Assembly (NCBI GenBank): GCA_013265495.1
Contig: MU061538.1
Location: 1,817,339-1,881,338 of the forward strand
Length of the DNA stretch: 64,000 nt
Direction of reading: 5' to 3'
Source of the DNA: Vicugna vicugna
Taxonomy: Eukaryota
Shown: positions 49,605 through 62,699 of the stretch, piece by piece
Position numbering within the stretch: position 1 is the stretch's first letter
Layout of the letters: each line of letters begins with the position of its first letter
Notes under the pieces: generated by a model
What the model saw: only the letters and a program-made list of their open reading frames with translations
Database searches by the model: none
Told to the model about the DNA's origin: nothing
Position numbers and translations under genes: made by a program

Positions 49605-51885
49605 ATAATTCCAAAATAGTCCCCAAATAGATTAGACTATATCTGACCAATTTTTTTGCCAATATTAAAATAGAATTTCAATTGTTTTGTTATTTTATTG
49701 AACATATTTTATATACTCATTGGTCTTTTATTTATCTTGTTTGTTGATTACTTTCTCATATTACTTGCCCTTCTTTCTATCGGAGTGCTCATCTGTATAT
49801 ACTGAACATACTATGTACTGAATATATTAACTCTTCCATACTGAATATATTAACTTCACCAAATATGTTAATTCTTAAGCTCATATGTAAACACTTTCCC
49901 ATACTGTCATTTTTCTGAGCCTGTTTACAGTGTTCTGGAGTATTTAAATGTGAGTAAGTCATTCTTTCCCTTTATGGCTTCGAAAGGCCTAACACCAAGA
50001 GCAGTAAAAGACTAAAACCAGGACAACTTAGTGCTCAGTTTTACTCATTCTGTCACATCCTTAATCACAAAACTCCCAATTTTAACTGAACTTGCTGTCA
50101 CACGCTTACAAACTTGTCTCAGAACTCTGGGACGTGTCTTCAAAGAGTGGGCACGGACCCTTTCAGTTTCCCTGCAATCCGTTGCTTGGATGGACCACGC
50201 TAAGAGCAGCAGCTCTGGAACTGTGCGATGGAAGTCTGGAAGGAGCCTCAGTACCTACTACCTAGTGAGGCCAATACCAGATCTGAAGTGCCTTCTGGAA
50301 TTTTTTTACATTAGTGAGAAATAAATTTGTACTATTTGGTGAGTTTTCTGTTTTGTAGGTAAGACGAAGGCTAAGACGAAGTCAGGAACAAAGGGCAGTC
50401 AGCACCATTATTAAAACACTTTCTTCTAATACACTTACAGTTTGGTGTGAGTTAATCTGAGATCTGTACTAGCATAAGGTACAAGGGAGGGATCTAACTT
50501 TTCCCCAAATGATTAAGACTTCCCAAGTATGTGTGACATATTGTCATATAACTCACACATGATATGAGTTCATTTACTTTAAGGCTGGTCATTAATGATC
50601 ATTAACGTTCCTCCAAAAATACTGCTCTCTCTCCCTCAATCTCTCTTCGAAGACACTGAAAATAGAAGGCAAAATTACCATCTTTTAAATAAAAACATAC
50701 TTTTGCCTCAATGTTTTAATGCATACAGATTAGGAATTGAAGTCTGAAATACCTGGATCTACAAGCAACAGCCTGTCAGTTCCAGAAGGCACCCAGGCAA
50801 TAGTATCACACCTACCAGCATTCTTATTCTTTAACTGCTTTACAATAGAATAATTTGTATCTCCAGAGAGCACTTAAGGATTAAAATCTACAAAATCTTT
50901 TCTCATTCTAAAAATGCTACAAACACAACACATTATCAGAGTAAGGACAATTATCACCTGAAATACTCAAAGAATAAACTATGGGGGGAAACCAATGAAA
51001 TTAATTTTCCAACTACAAAATACCACAAACTCATAGGACACGAACTAATTAACAGGTGCTGGGTTCCTCCATTTCCCTCTCTACCACTCACCCCCAGAAC
51101 ACTCTTCACAGCTCCCTCTGCTGCCCCGCTACCCACCCACACACCCTCCTTTGACGGCTTCTTAGACTTCTCTCTCTGACGCCTTTCGCCCAGATCACCC
51201 TTTCCCAGGTCTGACCTAGGCTTGTGCTGGCTTTTCCCTGGGCAGAGCGCAGAGGAGGTCACGGTCTCCCCGAACCTCGGTGCAGGGGCCGACCACTCAG
51301 TCAGCACAGAGCCGTCACCGACAGGGAAACCACTTCTCATTCAAGTCTTCTTCAGCTTTGTCTTGGTTCCTTGGGCTAAATATATTTGTCTACAACTGGA
51401 GAATGTGGGCAAAGGGCTCTTTCTACTATTCTTCTATCTTTTCTCTAAGCTCAAATTATTTCAAAGAGTAAGAGCGAGACAGAGAGAAAGCAAGAAAAAA
51501 AAAAAACAAATTTAGCTTGTTGGGGAAGAGCAAGGATGTGCCCCAGAAAGTGCCTGCACATGGCACACGTGCTCACGTGCTGTCACAGCGCTGCATTAGG
51601 CGGACAAGGGTAAATAAAGTGTTCTGTATACTGAGTTTCTAAGACTTTGGGGTAAGACCTAAAGTAAATAACCTAAGCCAGGGAAATACCACTTCTCATG
51701 ATTTCTTGAGAAAAAGAAAGAAAAAAGTATTAAGGAAAATAATTTAGAAAAAAAACATAAATAATGAGAAAAAAAAATTAAACCAGCAAGTCCTAAGGCC
51801 ATGGAACGATTCTACGGCCACAGGCTGGCCCGCGGGACAAGTTCCAAGAACCTGTGAGCCTGCACCTCACGCCACAGCTCTGCAA

Positions 51886-51922
51886 GTCCCAATGGCGTCC
51901 CAATGGCGTCCCAATGGCGTCC
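51886..51922. repeat. Perfect tandem repeat of GTCCCAATGGC, about 3.4 copies
   Basis: Read directly from the sequence. Confidence 0.95.
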
Positions 51923-52585
51923 GTTGTCCCAGACCTGCCTCACGGGGGAGGTCTCCTCCATAAAATCTCAGCGCCCCCGCCCTCCCCCACACCGCCTCCA
52001 GACGCACACCTGACCAGAGAGGCCTCTGCGAGCTCCTACAGCATGCACCGCAGCCTCTCTTCTGGGAGGCTCTATTTCTACGTTCACATCACTGGAATTG
52101 GCCCACATTTTCTCTCTCCTCTATTAGGCTTCAAGTTCTTTGAGCATAAGAACCAAGCTTCTCAATTATCCTTGTTTCTTCAGCACCTAACACAGCACCT
52201 AAATAGAGGGAACTTCGCAGTATTTTTGAAATAATGCTCAAAATTAATTAATAATAATTAATTTAAAATAATCACAGCACTCCTTCCAAAGCACTAACAT
52301 ATGCTTCACATTCTGAAAGATTTCTAGGCACATCCCCATAAAACATTTAAAACATTCTAACACTCAAAGGGCAAACAGCTATCTGGAAATCACAGCTCAG
52401 CAGAACTCACTGCCCAAAGACTAGAAAGCTCAGGGGCATTTTCTGTTTTTTGTTTTTTTACTGCACTCACACTTCAAAGAAGAGATGTATGAACTTCTCA
52501 CTAACACTAAAAAGAGGCTCGTTTTAAATCTGGAAGAAAAAAAAAACCCACAAACTTTTGGACTCTTTAAAAGATGAACAAATAC

Positions 52586-52702
52586 CTCTTCAGTTTCAGG
52601 AGCAACCTGGAAATCAGTTATCTCATCTAATTCCGCTTCAGCAACACAGTCTTCCTGCTCTTTCATCCCTTGCTGCCCACAAGCCTGCAAGTATTCTTCA
52701 TC
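52586..52702 (-). CDS. RBM33: RBM33 in-frame cassette exon (117 nt): DEEYLQACGQQGMKEQEDCVAEAELDEITDFQVAPETEE
   Basis: ctttctctttaatggctgttag|GAT...GAG|gtattt. Phase 0/0, no stop codon, acidic like exons 5 and 6. Resembles a segment I recall from longer RBM33 isoforms (e.g. mouse). Confidence 0.82.
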
Positions 52703-55700
52703 CTAACAGCCATTAAAGAGAAAGTAAGTTTTCCTCCTAGAGCTTGGGGGGTTTAAGCACTGTTCATCTTCATGACTCATGCTTAGTTATGTTAGCGAGT
52801 TTTTCCTTTGGCAATTACCAGACGGAGTGGACAGCACTAAGCACACCCCCGGAGGAGGCCTCCCGAGTGGCCGCGAGAGCGGAGCGCAGTATGCCAACCC
52901 GGTCGCTGCAGTGAGCGACACAGGCTCAGCTTCCAGCTCCCCTAAGAGCTCTGACAAACAGCTCTTCTTAAAATCAACTGTAAGGGAAAATAATCTCAAA
53001 AAGCTAGTGTGCGTACACTCGCCCAGAGCAGCTCAGCAGCAGTAAGGGGGCTGGAATCATGCCCAATCAAACCATTTTCACAGCAACAGAAGACAACAAA
53101 AGTACAAGCAATTCAATTCAACGAAGGAGCTTTATTAAAAATCACATGCTAGAATTCACTTCTCCATTAGCCACCCCATCCAGTTAGAAGGATGATTCCA
53201 GGAATGTATGAAATGCAAGGGGCACATCAGCAGGCAGGCATCTCTTGAGGGCATACGGAAGGAAGCAAGCAAGCTGGCTAAAAACAACAACTGCAAGAGA
53301 AAGGGCTCCCACGGGCACTCCTAACAAGTGACAGGGCCTGATGCTACTCGGGGGGCTGAATGTCCCAGCAGCCCCAGCCACTAGCTGAAATGATCGGTTA
53401 CGAGGTGGGCAAGGAAGAGCGAACGACCTGCTGAGAACACACACCAGTCTCACTACAAAGAAAACAGCTGCATTTAAGGTGACAGAGCACCTCAGTTCCC
53501 ACAACTGTCCCTCCAGAGTAGCCACACACACTGGGTTTCACTTCCCAAGACACTGTACCATCCTATCAGAAAGAGCCACCAGCACTACCCATAATTCACT
53601 GAGAGCAGAACTGTCGGATTTCAAATAAGGTCAGGTGATGTGAATCAAAACCTTCAGCCAGTACACAACGGAGCCTAGTCTACACCACCAAATCCCCGCT
53701 GGGAAGCAGAAATCTGCTGTTCCGTAAATTAGCAATCTGAAACTGTTCTTACAGAACAATGTTTTATGAAATCTCAGTCTATGTTAACTTTAAAGGCCCC
53801 AAATAAATATGATTGTGCTCAAAAGTACAAATCACCTGACAAACAATGCTCTACGATTCTGCTAAATAATAAACAATGTACATTCCTTCCTAACAGAAGA
53901 ATATACGTTTTTATATCAAATCCTAATTCACTCTCAAGATCAGGACAACAAAATTCAAAAAAACTTAAAAATCTTCTTTCGAGTATGATAGGAAAGAACA
54001 CCAGAGTTATACTACCAAGTTTTTATGTGGATCTCAGTTTCTTCTCATGTAAAAGTGTCCCTTCCCATCGTAAACTTCTGTGGCTTTATGATTCTACGCT
54101 CAGTTATACACAGAATCCCTCCTTGTGGCCTTATGAGTGAGCTCGAGCAGGTAGAACATACTTCTGATCAGCAGCGTTCAACTCTAGCTTTAGAGTTAAC
54201 AAGTCCTAATGAGGACACGAACCACATAAACCATTTAATAAATGAAAATACCACTGGGACATGTGGAGATACAATCTAATCATATGTTCGTTAGTCTAAT
54301 AATGAATAACGTGTGCATCAGTGACAGCCTAAGAGGACAGTAAGAAGCCTGCACTGCAGAGCTGGGGAAAAGTATTTCACAGCTTAAGTCCATTTATCTC
54401 TTCCCATGTGTGGTCTTCTTACATGACCACACACAAGCACTATCAAGCCCTTTCCACACTGTGACTTGTTCCACTAAATTCCAAGTTCACAGAAAGCAGG
54501 GGCCATGCTTCATGTCTCATGTTTCAGCAATATTTACGTGCCCACCGCTTGGGCTGGTACATATCTGCTGAGCTGTTGAATGTACAAAATGTTGACCAAC
54601 CACCTTACTTTTCAGGTGAGTGGTAGAAATAATAAAATGCTCTTATCAGGGAATAACCAGGCCCATTTTTAAAGAATTCTGGCTTAATTTTTAGGAAACA
54701 TTTTAAATTATAGTGTCCCACTTTAACATAGCATACAAACACACCAGTATGCCAGACAGCACCTGTCCACACTACTGAAGGATTTACTACCAAAACAGAC
54801 CATTACAGAGTTATCAAAAGAACAAGTACCAATGCCTTTTACATGATTCTGTTTACCAAAGCTACAAACACTTTTCATTACTGTATCTACTGAAGAGAAA
54901 GCATTCAAAAGGAATCAAATCTTAAAAATAACTATTGACATGCACAAACACATCTGTGTCTAGAACCAAGTATTCTAAGGCTCCACATAAACAACTAATC
55001 CCTTTCAAAACCATACACACATATTTTTTTTCTGAAATGCAAGCTTACTCTGAATGAAAACATTAAGAGATAAAGGTAGCTCTCTAACCCTAACTCTGCG
55101 TGCCTTCACCCCATCCCAGCAGCCCCACTGATACTTCACCTCAGTGAAGCCCAGTGTCCAGAAAACCCCAAAATTCTACTGCAGCTACGGAGATCACATC
55201 CTTCCAACATAAATTCATTAAAGGCTTGTTTTAAAAACAAATGTCTTTTAATAATGAATCAAGACAGATGAGCAGTATTTCACCAGCACCTTTTTTCCTT
55301 GACAATTCAACCTAAAAAAAAAAAAAAAAAAACTACCTACCAGAACCACCTTTCTGAAATAAAAATCAGCACAATCTTTGCTTCCTGATTACAGATAACA
55401 AATTATGTGTGACATTTCCTAAACTAACCTCCAATCTCTTTATTCATGTTTAGACAGTTCTCAGTTACAAAAAAGGATGAATGAACAGGACATCAATCAC
55501 TTTGGAATATTAGCACCTTAAAGATGTCTTTAGCAGGTCAATAATCTTTTCACCTTAGAAGGACTTTATCAGATCTTGTCTAAAGCCTGGATAAAAGCTC
55601 TGCATTAAGTACTTCTAACAATTCACAGTGTATCTCCTCCACACAAAGCTGTTTTCTTCCTTAGGGTGCAATCCTCAAGGTCACAATTCTGCGCAGCCTT

Positions 55701-55905
55701 CCAGAATGACAAAGGAGCATTACCTCCAGCCAAACAAGCTGTCAACACAAACTTTGTCATAGCTCAGATAAAGAAACTGGCAGACAGTGATAATAAGGTC
55801 TAATTTCCCTCCCTCCCAGGGGAGAGAAATAGATTTCAAATCAGTCTGGAAACCTATGCCCAGGCAGCCACGTTATCTTTAGCCACACAAAGGAGGAAGA
55901 CTCAC

Positions 55906-56218
55906 TGTGAACTCATCTAAAGGCTCATTGATCTCGATGTCTAACACCTCGTCGCTGTACAGCTGCCCCTCCTCCGGCTCGTCCACATACTCCATGTGCT
56001 CTTCCGTCAGCTCAGCGCCGTGGCCTTCATACTGTCCTTCTTCCGTGTACTCGTGAGCATACAACTCAGACCCGTCGGACTTGTGATAAACGAGTTCATC
56101 CTCTCCTTGCTCGTACTCGGATTCTTGTTCTCCAGACTGGTCATTAGTGTTGTCAGACAGTTCAAACGATGTGACCATGCCAGATGTGGTGTTCAGACTA
56201 ATTGTGACACCCTGAGAA
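55906..56218 (-). CDS. RBM33: RBM33 coding exon 5 (313 nt), acidic region: SQGVTISLNTTSGMVTSFELSDN...EINEPLDEFT
   Basis: Overlaps ORF 55879..56178. Acceptor ttctctctag| and donor ACA|gtgagt. Confidence 0.96.
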
Positions 56219-56784
56219 CTAGAGAGAACAGAAATACAAAGAAAGGCCCACCACTGGAGTAGAGCTCCAAACTAAATCATTACGTAAATTAACTGTTGCA
56301 AAAACTGGCAAAGGTAGGCCAGAGACCGACCGACGCACACGGACTACCACAACGCGCAAAGGAAGAGCTCAGTGCGCTGCACACTAAGCCAGCACCGGGG
56401 ACTCCTCTCGCGCACAGGACCCCCGCCGCCGCCGGCTGCAGGCTATCTGAGCAGGACGGCCGGCTCCGCCACGGGAGGCAGGTCTAACCGGCGAAAGCCT
56501 GAGACTGAGAGCAAGCCGATGCCGTCCCACTGCGACTTTCAGAATGACGAGGGCGGCACCTGTTTTCTAAGATCTCAAAGGAAAAATAGGAGTATTAACC
56601 TATAAACAGAAAACCACAGATGGAATTTTAAGAGCAATCTGTTTTCTTTTTTAAATCTGTGGTGCAAACTATAAACTCCTATTTAAAAAATCAAAATATT
56701 AAAAATCTGTGTGAAAATACATTCCAGTGTTTGACTAAAGTTTGTACTAGTCACAAATTTCAAAAAAAAAGAAGTTAATTTCTG

Positions 56785-57033
56785 GGGGAAGCTCAGAGCT
56801 CAGTCCCCAGTACCTCCGTTAAAATAAATAAGTAAATAAACCTAACTACCTCCCCCCGAAAATAAAAAAATTTTTTAAAGCAGTTTGGGGTATACCTCAG
56901 TGGTAGAGTGCATGCTTAGCATGTACAAGGTCCTGGGTTCAATCCCCAGTACCTCCATTAAAAAAAAAATGAATAAATAAATAAAGTCTAATTACCTAAC
57001 CCCCAAAATGAAAAAAAAATAAAAATTTTTAAA
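56785..57033 (+). mobile_element. Two tandem Vic-1-type SINEs (first internally deleted) inside one 13-bp TSD
   Basis: TSD aagttaatttctg at 56772-56784 and 57034-57046. The second copy reads tatacctcagtggtagagtgcatgcttagcatgtacaaggtcctgggttcaatccccagtacctcc. Confidence 0.88.
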
Positions 57034-57611
57034 AAGTTAATTTCTGAGTAAAATAAAGATGGTTTAAAACTGCAAAAAAATCATATTCCACCTATTAAAT
57101 AACAACAGCTAAATGCCAAATAATTAGGAGGCAAGATAACAGCACTTAAAATGCAAGGTTTTGTAGATAAATCTAAGTTACACATATTAGTATCTAATCC
57201 TAATAAAAAACTGATTATGCCATATAGACTTGAAAATACTATACAGCCCAAAAATTTTTTTCAAAGGTATAGTTCAAGGGCAATTTGAACAAGTCAAAAG
57301 ATCAAAGTATAATAATGATGTCAGAGAATGGAACAGAGAAACTTAAACTGATAGAATAAATTAATTTAAAACTTATTTTTATCCATAAAAGTTACTCTAT
57401 GTTAGAAAACCTATTACAACAAATCTACAACAGCTCAATAATGGCATATATTTGTTAATTACATTTATAAGCAAGAAGTGTCTCTTTACATTTTCACAAT
57501 AAATGCTTCCTCATAAAACTGAAAAACTTATTCTACCTAACAGTACACGAAATACCCCTTCCTCTTCGATAACAGAGCTTACTGTGTCAACAACAGAAAG
57601 ACAGTCGTCAT

Positions 57612-57962
57612 TGCCGTGGACTGAGTATGTGTGTGTCCCCCCCAAAATTCATGTACTGAATCCTAATATCCAATGTGACGGTGTCTGGAGGTGATTTGGG
57701 GAGGGGCCCAGGTCATGAGAGCAGAACCTTGTGAATGGGATTAGTGACCTCAGAAAAGGGACCCAAGATGGCTTCCTGACACCTCCCATCACTGGAGCAC
57801 ACAGTGGGAGGGCTGGGGGTCTTCACCAGAACCCAGCCACGCTAGCACCTTGGCCTTGGACTCCCAGCCTCCAGAACTGTGAGAAATAAATATAAATTTC
57901 TGTTGTTTGTAAGTTACCCAGTTTATGATATTTTGTTATTGCAGCCCAAGCAGACAAAAACA
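57612..57962 (+). mobile_element. MLT1A-like near full-length solo LTR
   Basis: tg..tgtcccccccaaaattcatgt...ttggactcccagcctccagaactgtgagaaataaa...ttttgttattgcagccc..ca. Confidence 0.88.
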
Positions 57963-58405
57963 ATTATATTCAGATAGTCAACTAGAGTCTAAAGTAGTCA
58001 AAAAGAATTGCCAAAATGACAATTCACTTAACAGATAAGCATAAATAAAAACTATCTAAAATGAAAACAAAAGCAGTAACATCAAACAGCAACCAACAGT
58101 ATCAAGAGTCTGAGGCCACTGCCCCCTATTCAAACAAAGGAATTCTTTAAAAGACCTGTACGTACCTGTACACAACAGAGCTCACAGAGGTCATTAAATA
58201 CAAGACCAGTACTGAGTTTAAACAGTTGATCTATCTATAGGAAAATATATATGGCTTCCACACTGAAGAATTACATTAATACCCCGTTTAGAATATAATC
58301 ATATGTTAAAGATACAGTACCACATTATCAATTATATCCCATTATAATTATAATTTATAGTTACTATCAATTTAAAGAACATTTTAATGAGCTAATACTG
58401 AGTAC

Positions 58406-58482
58406 CTGAAATTTTCTTCGTCTTCATTATCGCTCTGTAAAAGATCATCATTCAACTCTTCATCTGACAAATCCGACTGATT
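58406..58482 (-). CDS. RBM33: RBM33 coding exon 4 (77 nt): NQSDLSDEELNDDLLQSDNEDEENF(S)
   Basis: ttttaattag|AATCAGTCG...AATTTCAG|gtactc. Phase 0 in and phase 2 out, consistent with the neighbouring exons. Confidence 0.93.
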
Positions 58483-58655
58483 CTAATTAAAATAAGAAAT
58501 GTAATTAATGCAAGTCACTTCTACATGTTGTTACTTGTTACAAAAGTGCACAATTACGCTGACTGGATTCTTTCTAACCTTGTTATTAGAACATTTGCCA
58601 TTCAGAAAGTTTTCTCAGTTTGATATAACCAGCCAAAAGTCAAGATTCCACATAT

Positions 58656-58777
58656 AGGGGGAGGGCATAGCTCAGTGGTAAAGTGCGTTCTTAGCATGCA
58701 CAGGTCCTGGGTTCAATCCCCAGTACTTCCACTAACAACAACAAAAACAACTTAAAAAAAATAATAAAAAGAAAGAA
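58656..58777 (+). mobile_element. Vic-1-type SINE with 14-bp TSD
   Basis: TSD aagattccacatat at 58642-58655 and 58778-58791. A-box tagctcagtgg and B-box ggttcaatcc are intact. Confidence 0.9.
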
Positions 58778-61675
58778 AAGATTCCACATATGGCATACTA
58801 GCTAACTACCTCAGACAAATTTTTAGATGCACAGTCAAATAAGTATAGAAGCAGCAAGCATAATGATCCTAACAAAAGAAAAAGAAAAAAAAAAGGCTTT
58901 CCTACCAAATAATTTTTCTTATCATACACACAAAAAAATGGTATCCTTAAGATTTGACTAAATTTAATACTGTCAGTGCTCAAAAATCTAAAGATGTTTT
59001 AAACAAACAAAAAAAATAGTGGAATTTTAGAAACAGGCAGATTTTAGGTAACTGGATTGCCCCACTGAAATGGTAAGGGACTAAAATAAAACTTTGGCTT
59101 GTCCAGTATAGATGACACATGAAAATGACTCTGACGTAAGTTAGACCCCACTCTTGTTCCTGACAGGTTTGTGCACTCATCACGTCAGTCGGCAGAGGCA
59201 GCCTAGTGATTTTGACAACTGGTCAAATTTCTACAGTTCCAAGTTCTGTTAAGTTAAATACACACCAGTACCTTAGATTTAAGGGTAGTGAGGGCTTTAC
59301 ACCTTCCTCCTCTATTAAAATTATTTCTGTGATACGTATAAATTACCACTTCCCTACCCCCAACACACACATAAGGGGAAAAAAAAGAAAGAAAAAAACT
59401 TGTGTTTCTACTTAAAGATGAAAGAAACAAATAAGCAGTCTTTTCCTGGCATTTTATAGCTTATAAAACTAAATTTCAAAAAACAGGTCTATATATACTC
59501 TTCATTACAGCAGTTTTGATGTAAGCTAAAAATATCAATCTTATTAGTAGTTCTTATTAGTTGCCAACAGAATCTGTTATCCATCGGCAGGGATGAGCCA
59601 GGCCTGCTACAGGACAATCTAAATTTAGCTGCTTAATTCATTAAATAAAAACACAGGAAGTCTTTAAAAATTAACAATTCAATAAAAGCCAGATTTCATT
59701 CATTAAAGGCTACTTCCTTGAGTTTTTTGGTTCAACTTTTAAATATTTGTCAAAAATCAGTGAACCAATAAATAACACACCAAACAAACAAAATAGAGGA
59801 TATATGTTGTGGTGGCCCTGATGGCAATCAAATCTTACTTTTTTTGAGTTCTGAGGATTCAACTTCCTGTGTCAGTTCTGAACCTGATGAGTAACAGACA
59901 CGGGAGGCACAAAATAATGATCAAAATGACCAAAATACCCACTTTACTGATAAAGCTGGGATGCAGAGTCAGACTAAATCCCTGAGGCCAAAACTGACTT
60001 TCTACGACTACATCCAATGAATTAGTGGGAAGTAATTCCTCAGGCAAGGGTAGGACAGCTGAGGAGAAGTCTGCCTGAGGTGGTGTGCAGGAAGCAGGGC
60101 AAAAAAAGAGCAAGTGACCATGAAGACTCGTGAAATCAGTAGGGCTCATGGGGCTCCCTGAGAGAAACACAGGGCAAACTAGATACATCAGGCTTGCCCA
60201 AAGGTAGAAATCCAACTTCATGTAAAAAAATTTTACAATAATTAAACATTTTAACATCTAACTGGTACTCCTCACTAAAGCATCTTAAATAATTACAATG
60301 GAAACAACGTGTCTACATTAGGGTAGTAGACTCTCAAGGGCAGTGAGTGCACTTCAAGGATGTGCAGACTAACTCACTGAGCCAGAAAGAAAACATTTCC
60401 TCATTTCCTCTGTGACCATGACACAGGAAGGACTGGCCCTGGCACACTGAATCATAGCACGTCTGTGGCACTCTAAGGCCAGAGCATGAGCTCAACACGG
60501 ACAGGCTGCGGGGAATTCTCACTGGTTTTCTGCTTCCAGTCACTCCGATGTATCCACATTTACTTGTATGAGATCAAGTGGGTTTACAGGTAACTGAACT
60601 AATTCTTATCTAGCGATACAGGTGATGACAGGGCCACTTAAGGGAGGAAAGGCTGTGACAGGCCAAAGCCAGGACACCTGCAGGTCGATGGTGCAGTAAG
60701 AAACAGGACACAGAAAAGAGAGTGGCCACAACAAATTCATGGATTAGAGCAAATGGTAATAATGCGGCACGGGAAGTTACAGGACAGTGGCAGAAGCAGC
60801 ACTCCTAGTGCTGGGTCTTCATCAGCTGTAAGGCTGAAAGGAGACTCTAACAAGAGCGATAAAGCAGACAGCTGGTGTGACCCAGTCACCTAAGAGTATA
60901 ATGAGCTTGAGTATAACGGCTGACAAACTAGCCAGCACAATCTGAAGTCTTTAAAAACTAAGCATAAAAAACTATCTTGATATTGAATGTGAATAACAAG
61001 TGCCTTTAAACTGTTAATAAAATAAAAATCCAGTATTTCACTTTAATCTTTAACTTTTTATTTCTATTTTTAATGTATACTTCATAACATTCAAAACATA
61101 TTGGTAGAATGATATATATACATACATACACAATACAGAAATAGATATACACACACTAGAAGTAACTACTTCAAAGTTTTTACTTGATCAAAAGTTTAGA
61201 AACTCCTACATTAAGTTTTACACTTTTATTCTTATTTATGTAATGTGTGTTATATTTGAGTATATTTATTTTTAAGCTTATCTCTGAATACTCCAAAAAA
61301 GTGAATTCCAGATCCAGTATGCAAAATATTTTGTTTTCAGTATGCAAAATATTAACCACCAAATATTAAGTTCCTCCAGGACAAGTGGTAGTTTTGTTAA
61401 CTGTTTTCATAAGCTCAATAGCTGCTAGAATGCCTTGACATACACAGGAGGGACTAAAATATTCGCTTCAAGGATATAGTCCCTGAATTGTAAGTTATCA
61501 GAGAATTTACTAATAAACAGTCAACTCTTTGTGCATTTAAAGAGTAATTCAATTCACAAAATTTTGATCTATACCCAACTTTCCAGTAACACATCCCATG
61601 CATGAGACATATTCCTATATTTTAAGTGCAATTAAAAGACTATCATTTAATTTCAGGAAGACCTGTATTTCTTAC

Positions 61676-61724
61676 CTTTTTGCCAGACAGCAAATCTTCT
61701 CCAAGTAAGTCGTCTTCAAGTTCA
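61676..61724 (-). CDS. RBM33: RBM33 coding exon 3 (49 nt): (S)ELEDDLLGEDLLSGKK
   Basis: Minus strand reads ttttttccacag|TGAACTTGAAGAC...GGCAAAAAG|gtaaga. The peptide matches the RBM33 N-terminus as I recall it. Confidence 0.93.
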
Positions 61725-62699
61725 CTGTGGAAAAAAAGAGACAATGCATTATTCCTACTACACTGGCAAGTTTGTAGATTACTGGGAAATGTACCCAGGA
61801 CTTTAGGGTTTGGGTACTTTCACGTTAAGTTTGCTATACCTTCCTTTATCTTTATTAATAATGAAAAACATATTTTCAAATATTAGGGAACATCTGGCCC
61901 TTTAAGTATGTGAGGTTTTGCTACAGGAGTTGGCTCTCACTAGACTTTTAATCTTAGTTTTTCATCTCAATATGAGATCTTAATTTCTTTGGACTTGTTC
62001 ATTATTCAGCAAAAGAAGAAACTATAATAAGTAATACCTATGCTTTCTCTTGTGTTTTAAAATCTATGATGAGATAGGAGAAGACAGATGCCCAACATCA
62101 TTAACTAGGAAAATTTAAAATCAAAACCACTGAAAGACCATTTGACACTCATCAAACTGAAAAAATTAAAAAATGAAAAATCAATGCTGATGAAGACATT
62201 CAAGTAAATCATTACTAAGGGAATTATCTTCATATAACATAGAAGTCATGTCAGTTGTCTGCAATTTTTTTTCAGCGTATTTACCTTATAAAGTGATCAG
62301 AAGCAGGTCTTCTCACAAATAAAACAGAAATCCTTCATCAAATGATCTTCAGTTAAAACATTCTGAATAGGCTATCTCTTTCCTACCTAGATACAGTCTG
62401 ATTAGTTTCCTGACTCACTCTTCTCAACTTTCAAAATGGTCCCTCTATTATCCAGTACACGGAAGAGGCAGTTTTATGCTTTAAGAGTATCAAATAAAGA
62501 AATATCCACGACACAGAATCTTCATATGCAAACATGCACTGAAGATGAGTGAAGAAAGGAGAACGTTCATAAACAACACTGGACAAGTGCTATTCACACA
62601 AGAAAAATTAGAACCCTGTCTCAGAAGGTAACCAAAACCCAATTCCATCACAGCAGAGAGCCAACTAATGTCATGACAGCCAGAGTAAATTCCCAATGA

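Noticed and set aside
28250..58777. tRNA-like sequences with A and B boxes
   Set aside because: They have A-rich tails, TSDs and a shared non-tRNA 3' part, so they are SINEs rather than tRNA genes.
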